Below, in pieces: positions 47,751-53,363 of a stretch of 53,363 nucleotides of DNA. Numbering within the stretch: the stretch's first letter is position 1; each line of letters starts with the position of its first letter. The stretch spans positions 1 through 53,363 of IMG/VR virus record IMGVR_UViG_3300032303_002406; one strand, given 5' to 3'. Position numbers and translations under genes: made by a program. This DNA is from a virus (taxonomy: Duplodnaviria; Caudoviricetes). The notes under the pieces are model-generated. The model did not search any database and was not told the DNA's origin. It worked only from the letters and a program-made list of their open reading frames with translations.

Positions 47751-50426
47751 TTATAGGTAAGTAATTGTTACTTGGCCTTGTCCATACTTTTCTGCGCTGC
47801 CCTTTGAACCATTTCCAACATAGCCAGCAGAAGTATTAAAGTAAGAACCTCCTCCGCCACCGCAATATGACCATGGTCCAGCTGATCCTCCAGCCCAACC
47901 GCCGCCACCACCAGCGCCGTTAGTTCCTCCACCGCCGCCGCCGCCACCAAAGCCACCTTGTGCGTTAGGTCCACCGACTGCACCGCTAGTAAATGATTGA
48001 CCGCCCCATGAGCCACCTCCGCCGCCGTAGAAACCGCCACCACCACCTGAAGTAGAGTAAGCCTGACCACCGCTACCTCCACCAGAACCACCCCAGTAAG
48101 AGCCCTGAGAATATTCTTGATCGATAGCGTCATAACCGCCGCCGTTTGGAGCATTGCCTCCGCCACCACCTGCTGCAACTAGTGGAGTATTATCTGATTT
48201 AGCAACAAATGATCCACCACCGCCACCGCCATCGTAATAATTACCATCACCTTCATAGGCAACAACAATCTTTAAAACATCATTAATTTGAAGTGCGTAA
48301 TCACCTTGTGCTCTAGCACCGTAGCCACCACGACGACCCCAACCATAAGAGTGTCCACCCATTGCACCGTAAGCAACAATGCGATATGTACCTGTACGAG
48401 GAACTGTCCAATACTGATATCCATATGGTCCAGGCATATTTAAGTACTGAGAAGCCCAAGAAGGGTTACCAATATTGTTTCTCATAGTTGCGACGTCTGG
48501 GCCGTAACGAACTCCACCACCGCTGGATGAGAATGTAGCTGAAGTAAAGTCATATAGACGTGGAATTGGATTGAACTGAAATGTAACAAACTGCTGTGCT
48601 GTATTTCCTTGAGAATCAGAACATGTAATTGTAAGTGTTGCTTGTGAATAAGCAGCAGTAGGAGTTCCAGAGATGACACCTGTAGATGTATTGATAGAGA
48701 GTCCAGCTGGCAAAGTTCCAGAGGTGACAGCAAATGTATATGGAGCAGTCATTCCAATAACTGTTACAGTTGTTGGAGTAATAGCAGATCCAGCATTTGT
48801 ACCAGTATTAGATTGATTTAAAGGTTGAAGTTCAGGTGCAGCTTGATTAATTTGAAAATTATGAGCATCATAAATTGTTGTAACAAAATAAAAATTCTTT
48901 TCTTGGTCAAAAGAAACTACTTGAACTCTTCCTCCAGATGGATAGTTATAACGAACCATGTCGTTTTTAACAAATCCATTATTTTTAATATGGATAATAT
49001 CTTTATCTATAGATACACCAATTTGCTTAAATGTCTGAGTTCCGCTTCCACCAGAAATTGTAGAAATAGCAGATGATGTAGGAAGTGGCTTTAAGGTAAA
49101 TGCATATGTATATGGCCCAGATCCGCCTGTAGAGAAGAAGGAGTCAATAAAGTAAGTAGTATTGTTGGTAAGTCCAGAAGCTGCTGCTCCATCTGTACTA
49201 TAGAAAACCATAGAGCCTGAGTACAAAGCTAGAACTGTTGGAGATGAAACGTTAACAAGAGAGGCACTAAAACTTGTTACAGTTCCAGTTCCGCCTTGAT
49301 CGTTTGCCCCATCAAATGTCTGAGCAGTATCGTTGACAATTGTAATAATAGTTTCTGTCAGTGGATTTTGGTTATTTCCAGCAAAAGTACGAGCTTGGTT
49401 AGCAAGCTGAAAAGTTCCAGTCATGGTTGCCGTAATATCAATTGCAGTTCCATTTGGAAATTCACTTACTTTAAATTGTGAAGTAGAAGTTCCAAGTGAT
49501 GTTGTTTCTGAAATAAATACAACTCCTCTAGGAGTTGTACTAAAAAATCCAGAACTTGTTACTACGGAATAATAAAGAGGAGTTCCAATTAGTTTTCCAG
49601 AAAAGTTTTCAGTTCCATGAGATACTGTAATAACATCTGTTGCAGTATTTACTGCTGTAATAGTGCTAGTTACACCAGCTGCAACTGCGCTGTTTGACCA
49701 GTCAATATTAAAGCTTGAAAGTGTATTAGATCCATCAAAAGTTTGAGCTACTGCAGAGTTAGATGCGTCAAAAGATTTAGTTTCTGTATTTGCTGCTGCA
49801 AACTCTTGAGAAATAGTTGAGTTAATATTTAAGAAATAGAATGGTGTATATAAACCAAATCCATGTGTAGATTCTGTAGTTACAGTAAGAGTAGAAAGCG
49901 CCGATCCATTTGTAACGATACCTTCAGAATCAGCAATACGAAGCTGTGATCCTTGAAAGAATTCTCCAGTAATAATAGAAGTATAAAGATCTTCAATAGA
50001 TGCAGTCGTAGTTTGAGTATCTCTGCATAGGTATGTAAAGGTAGTTGTATTTGGGATTGAGTTAATAATATAAGATCCATCAGCTGTAATTGCTTTTGTA
50101 CCAGTTACGTTGATAGGGATACCCACTGCAAGACCATGATCTAAGCTTGTTACTACAGTGATTTCACGAGTTCCAGAGTTAGTTGTTACTGACTGAATAT
50201 TAGGAATTGTTGTATCACCGCTCTTGGAGAAGAACGATGGAGTATTATTGATAAGCTCAACTGTTTCCCACTTAGTTGGCTGTAGACCATATTCAAAGTC
50301 TGTATCGATAAGGTTTTCAGGTGTCGATACACGGAGTTTTGTTACTGGATCGATAAACTCTCTTGGAAAGGTGATCTCGCCGCCTGTACCAGAACTGCTA
50401 GAACTACCGCCTAAAAATCCTGGCAT
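47751..50426 (-). CDS. Virion-associated protein with Ig-like (He_PIG-type) and ALK/LTK-like glycine-rich domains
   Basis: DPVTKLRVSTPENLIDTDFEYG N-terminus; GTLPAGLSIN..TGVISGTPT Ig motif; YWTVP.TGTY.I.AYGA.GG Gly-rich domain. Confidence 0.75.
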   Translation of the reverse strand: MPGFLGGSSSSSGTGGEITFPREFIDPVTKLRVSTPENLIDTDFEYGLQPTKWETVELINNTPSFFSKSGDTTIPNIQSVTTNSGTREITVVTSLDHGLAVGIPINVTGTKAITADGSYIINSIPNTTTFTYLCRDTQTTTASIEDLYTSIITGEFFQGSQLRIADSEGIVTNGSALSTLTVTTESTHGFGLYTPFYFLNINSTISQEFAAANTETKSFDASNSAVAQTFDGSNTLSSFNIDWSNSAVAAGVTSTITAVNTATDVITVSHGTENFSGKLIGTPLYYSVVTSSGFFSTTPRGVVFISETTSLGTSTSQFKVSEFPNGTAIDITATMTGTFQLANQARTFAGNNQNPLTETIITIVNDTAQTFDGANDQGGTGTVTSFSASLVNVSSPTVLALYSGSMVFYSTDGAAASGLTNNTTYFIDSFFSTGGSGPYTYAFTLKPLPTSSAISTISGGSGTQTFKQIGVSIDKDIIHIKNNGFVKNDMVRYNYPSGGRVQVVSFDQEKNFYFVTTIYDAHNFQINQAAPELQPLNQSNTGTNAGSAITPTTVTVIGMTAPYTFAVTSGTLPAGLSINTSTGVISGTPTAAYSQATLTITCSDSQGNTAQQFVTFQFNPIPRLYDFTSATFSSSGGGVRYGPDVATMRNNIGNPSWASQYLNMPGPYGYQYWTVPRTGTYRIVAYGAMGGHSYGWGRRGGYGARAQGDYALQINDVLKIVVAYEGDGNYYDGGGGGGSFVAKSDNTPLVAAGGGGGNAPNGGGYDAIDQEYSQGSYWGGSGGGSGGQAYSTSGGGGGFYGGGGGSWGGQSFTSGAVGGPNAQGGFGGGGGGGGTNGAGGGGGWAGGSAGPWSYCGGGGGSYFNTSAGYVGNGSKGSAEKYGQGQVTITYL

Positions 50427-50510
50427 TAGTTAGTACCTCTTTCACAAAACAAGGGATCAACCGATAGAATAGCATTATTTACGAATGGCCATTTTAAGAA
50501 TTTCATATAA

Positions 50511-51161
50511 TTATATACCTAACCACCAAGACATAGATGTAGAAAATGATCCATGAGCACCTTGTGCTCCAGTTGGACCAACGGATCCACCTTGAGTTTC
50601 AATAAATACACCATCATTGTAAACATATGTTTTTGCAGTCTGAGTATTAAACCAAGCATCTCCATTTACAGAGGTCTCAATTGCTGGTTGTACTGCAGAT
50701 GCAGTAAATTTTCCAATAGGACCCGTAGGTCCTGTAGGTCCTGGAACTACAGAATCTGCTCCCGTTGGACCTGTAGGTCCAGCTACACCACGAGGGCCTG
50801 TAGGTCCTACAGGGCCAGTTACATAAGAATCTGCTCCAGTTGGTCCTGTAAAACCACGAACACCTTGAGAACCTGTAGGTCCTGTCGGACCTGTAGGCCC
50901 CAGTGGGCCAGTAGGTCCAGTTGGTCCAAGTGGTCCAGCTACAGTTGAATCTGGGCCAGTAGGTCCTTGAATACCAGTAGGACCAGTTGCTCCAGTAGCA
51001 CCGATAGCTCCTGTTGGGCCTTGAATACCTTGAGGACCAGTTGGTCCAGTAGCAGTTGTACGAACTGCTTCCCAAGCAAGACCTGTCCAACGCCAGCTTT
51101 GACCGCCAGATGTAAAGACTTCACCAACAATTACAGGTGTAGGGAAATCAATGGCTGCCAT
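50511..51161 (-). CDS. Collagen-like protein
   Basis: IDFP.P..G..FT......W.WTG..W N-terminus, long GPT tract, GD.WF......YVY domain. Confidence 0.85.
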   Translation of the reverse strand: MAAIDFPTPVIVGEVFTSGGQSWRWTGLAWEAVRTTATGPTGPQGIQGPTGAIGATGATGPTGIQGPTGPDSTVAGPLGPTGPTGPLGPTGPTGPTGSQGVRGFTGPTGADSYVTGPVGPTGPRGVAGPTGPTGADSVVPGPTGPTGPIGKFTASAVQPAIETSVNGDAWFNTQTAKTYVYNDGVFIETQGGSVGPTGAQGAHGSFSTSMSWWLGI

Positions 51162-51201
51162 AGTCTGTCCTTTCTAATGTTAAATATATTTTATCGTGTG
51201 C

Positions 51202-51366
51202 TTAAAGTACTGGTTCTGATATTCCTGCATTTAATTTTCCAACATAAGCTTCTGCCCAGTTGATAGCTGCTACAAGAGATTCCCAAGGGCCGCTCTCATC
51301 AATAATATTTGTATTCTGAAGGATCTGTACTAAAGGTCCTTCTTCTACAATTCTATATGAAAACAT
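51202..51366 (-). CDS. Small 54-aa protein missed by the ORF track
   Basis: Read by hand: MFSYRIVEEGPLVQILQNTNIIDESGPWESLVAAINWAEAYVGKLNAGISEPVL*; fills the gap between two co-oriented genes. Confidence 0.65.
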   Translation of the reverse strand: MFSYRIVEEGPLVQILQNTNIIDESGPWESLVAAINWAEAYVGKLNAGISEPVL

Positions 51367-51381
51367 TATATCTTCTTTCTC

Positions 51382-52299
51382 TTATGCCGAATATGCCATT
51401 TTGCCAGAGTCGCCAACGGCAAAGGCACTGTTATTACTTATGTAGACTCCATTAATTACAGATGTATCAAAGCTACTAGTTCTTTGAATCCATGTAACCC
51501 CATCAAATGAAGTTGCAACTCTTCCACTAGCTCCTCCAGCCACATATGTACCATCGGGCGAAATAGATATAGCTCTTATACTTGAGGCTCCAAAACTGCT
51601 AGATGGAAATACTTGTGTCCAAATAGTTCCACCTACTGCACTAGCAACCTTGCCTGATTCTCCCACGGCAGTAAACTTTCCGCCCGTTGTTGTAGTTACA
51701 GCATTAATAATACTTGTTCCAAAGCTAGAAGTTCTTTGTGTCCAATTTACTCCGTTAGTAGATGTAGCTAATTTTCCATCATACCCTACAGCTACAATAA
51801 TGCTTGAAGATGCTGATAGTCCATTAATAAATGAAGTACTAAATGAAGATGTTCTTTGTGTCCAACTAACTCCATCTATTGAGGTAGCTAATTTTCCAGA
51901 TCCACCTGCTGCAATCCAAAGTGATGCAGAAGGAGAATAAATTAATGCCAAAATTGGACTTGCTCCAAAAGAAGAAGATTGGAGTGTCCAATTAACTCCA
52001 TCTATAGAAGTTGACATTTTTCCAGAGCTTCCTCCAGCAATATAAAGATTATTGCCGTAAGCAATAGAATAAATATTAGAACTGATAAATCCCGCATCTC
52101 TTTGTGTCCAATTTAGACCATTTGAAGATGTGGCAAGTTTTCCATTATTTCCTACAGCAACATATTGTGATTTTGATGCAGTGTAGTTGATTGCATTTAT
52201 ATTAGTTAAAAGAAATGAAGTATTAGGTACTTGCTGCCAAATAACAGGAGTGTACTGATAAGGAAGAGTTGCATGCATAGCATGCGTAGCAATTAACAC
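51382..52299 (-). CDS. Beta-propeller (BNR/WD40-like) repeat protein
   Basis: About seven ~40-aa repeats A.G..GK.ATS.DG..WTQRTSSF; GTG 52299 immediately after the upstream stop is the preferred start. Confidence 0.8.
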   Translation of the reverse strand: MLIATHAMHATLPYQYTPVIWQQVPNTSFLLTNINAINYTASKSQYVAVGNNGKLATSSNGLNWTQRDAGFISSNIYSIAYGNNLYIAGGSSGKMSTSIDGVNWTLQSSSFGASPILALIYSPSASLWIAAGGSGKLATSIDGVSWTQRTSSFSTSFINGLSASSSIIVAVGYDGKLATSTNGVNWTQRTSSFGTSIINAVTTTTGGKFTAVGESGKVASAVGGTIWTQVFPSSSFGASSIRAISISPDGTYVAGGASGRVATSFDGVTWIQRTSSFDTSVINGVYISNNSAFAVGDSGKMAYSA

Positions 52300-52300
52300 T

Positions 52301-53363
52301 TTATACCTGTAAGTTTCCACTAAGAAGCCAAGAGTTTGGTCCTAGCTTAATTAGTGATGCAACTGCATACCTAGCCTTTGTTGTATAACGACCACCTTCG
52401 CTAAGTAAAGCTATAGATCCACTAGCAGGAGATATTGTTACTTGACCGATTCCTAGTTGAGTTATAACAAGTTGTGTACCTGTAGGAAATGTGTATCCTC
52501 CAGTTCCATCTACTGGAACAGTAACTGTAGTTCCTGACGAGCTATTCATTTTTACAATAGTTGCAACATCTGCTTCTACTAGAGTAGTTGATGCAAGATA
52601 CTGTGATCCAAGAAGATTAAAGAAAGCTGGTCCTGTTGGTCCAACTCCACCCGTAGGACCTGTTATACCTTGAGGTCCAGTTGGGCCTGGAACTGTAGAA
52701 GGTACAGTAGATACTGGTCCTGTTGGCCCTGTAATACCTTGAGAACCCGTTGGGCCTGTAGGTCCAACAATAGGTCCAGCGTTAACCCAAGCAGTACCAT
52801 TCCAGACATATAAATTACCGTTAGAAACTACAATATATGCATCGTTAATAGTGTTTCCAGTAGAAGGAAGATTTCCTACTAAGTTTACAGATCCTTTAAC
52901 GGTAATAGATGTGCCTTGTGGACCTGTAGGACCTGTAGGTCCAACTTCACCAGCACCAATACTTATATTCCATGAAGCATATGTATTTCCATCACCTGAA
53001 ACTTTATCTACTCTCATTGTCACAGAAAGACCGACAATAAAAGTAATAATACCTTCCATATACTGCGTTGGTTGAGATGCACTTGCTAAACGAATTCTTG
53101 TTCCTACAGAAAATGCTCCAATTTGATTTACAGTAAAGTTTTTACTTGTAACTATTTCAATAGTTAATGCATCACTTGAAGTTACTCCAGCAAAACTAGA
53201 ACCAGTTGCACCCGTAGGGCCAGTTACAGAAGGACCCGTTGGACCTGTTGGACCAGGAACAGTTGATGGTGCTGTAGATATAGGACCTGTTGGACCTGTT
53301 GCACCTGTAGGACCTACTGCATTTGAAGCAGCTCCCGTAGCTCCTGTCGCACCTGTAGCACCA
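52301..53363 (-). CDS. Collagen-like fibre protein, 5'-truncated by the window edge
   Basis: Frame stays open from 53362 (GATGATGATG...) through ATG 53059; GPT tracts; C-terminal TVTVP.......FPTGTQ....Q.G.GQVT...WLL.G.L domain. Confidence 0.85.
   Translation of the reverse strand, partial: GATGATGATGAASNAVGPTGATGPTGPISTAPSTVPGPTGPTGPSVTGPTGATGSSFAGVTSSDALTIEIVTSKNFTVNQIGAFSVGTRIRLASASQPTQYMEGIITFIVGLSVTMRVDKVSGDGNTYASWNISIGAGEVGPTGPTGPQGTSITVKGSVNLVGNLPSTGNTINDAYIVVSNGNLYVWNGTAWVNAGPIVGPTGPTGSQGITGPTGPVSTVPSTVPGPTGPQGITGPTGGVGPTGPAFFNLLGSQYLASTTLVEADVATIVKMNSSSGTTVTVPVDGTGGYTFPTGTQLVITQLGIGQVTISPASGSIALLSEGGRYTTKARYAVASLIKLGPNSWLLSGNLQV

Noticed and set aside
1-53363. Stop-codon reassignment, introns or inteins
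   Set aside because: Genes are full length and densely tiled under the standard code; PolA and the helicase show no intein or intron interruptions.

Overview
The window is a large part of an AT-rich tailed-phage (siphovirus-type) genome. A WhiB-family gene and a head/tail module resembling actinobacteriophages point to an actinobacterial host, plausibly a low-GC freshwater lineage (inference). Both window ends cut through genes. The + strand arm (1-32003) carries a giant multi-module capsid maturation protease polyprotein, two adjacent capsid genes (hexamer/pentamer-like pair), major tail, head-tail joining proteins, tail chaperones, tape measure, Dit-like and hub-like tail proteins with inserted beta-domain repeats, and a chaperone-bearing tail fibre. 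It continues with a replication/recombination block (PolA, RuvC-like, SNF2 helicase, Cas4-like nuclease, Sak4-like ATPase, DUF669 SSB), a GT-like gene, small ORFs, WhiB and an AhpD-like gene. The converging - strand arm (31972-53363) is a ~21 kb accessory operon. It encodes Thr-rich (GPT) collagen-like fibres, giant repeat proteins with ALK/LTK-like glycine-rich domains, a beta-propeller and putative type-1 copper (cupredoxin) modules, followed by a subtilase, a SAM methyltransferase, a small membrane protein, a GT2-TPR glycosyltransferase and a flavin-dependent halogenase. The most interesting candidates are: (1) this putative virion-surface 'build-and-decorate' operon; (2) a head polyprotein system with a recurring [LVIM][TVM]A[ASCG][GA] cleavage-like motif and in-frame internal SD+GTG starts; (3) a structured 5' leader that can sequester the capsid RBS; (4) nested and split domain architectures in tail/fibre proteins. 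All calls come from motif recognition by eye; no searches were run.
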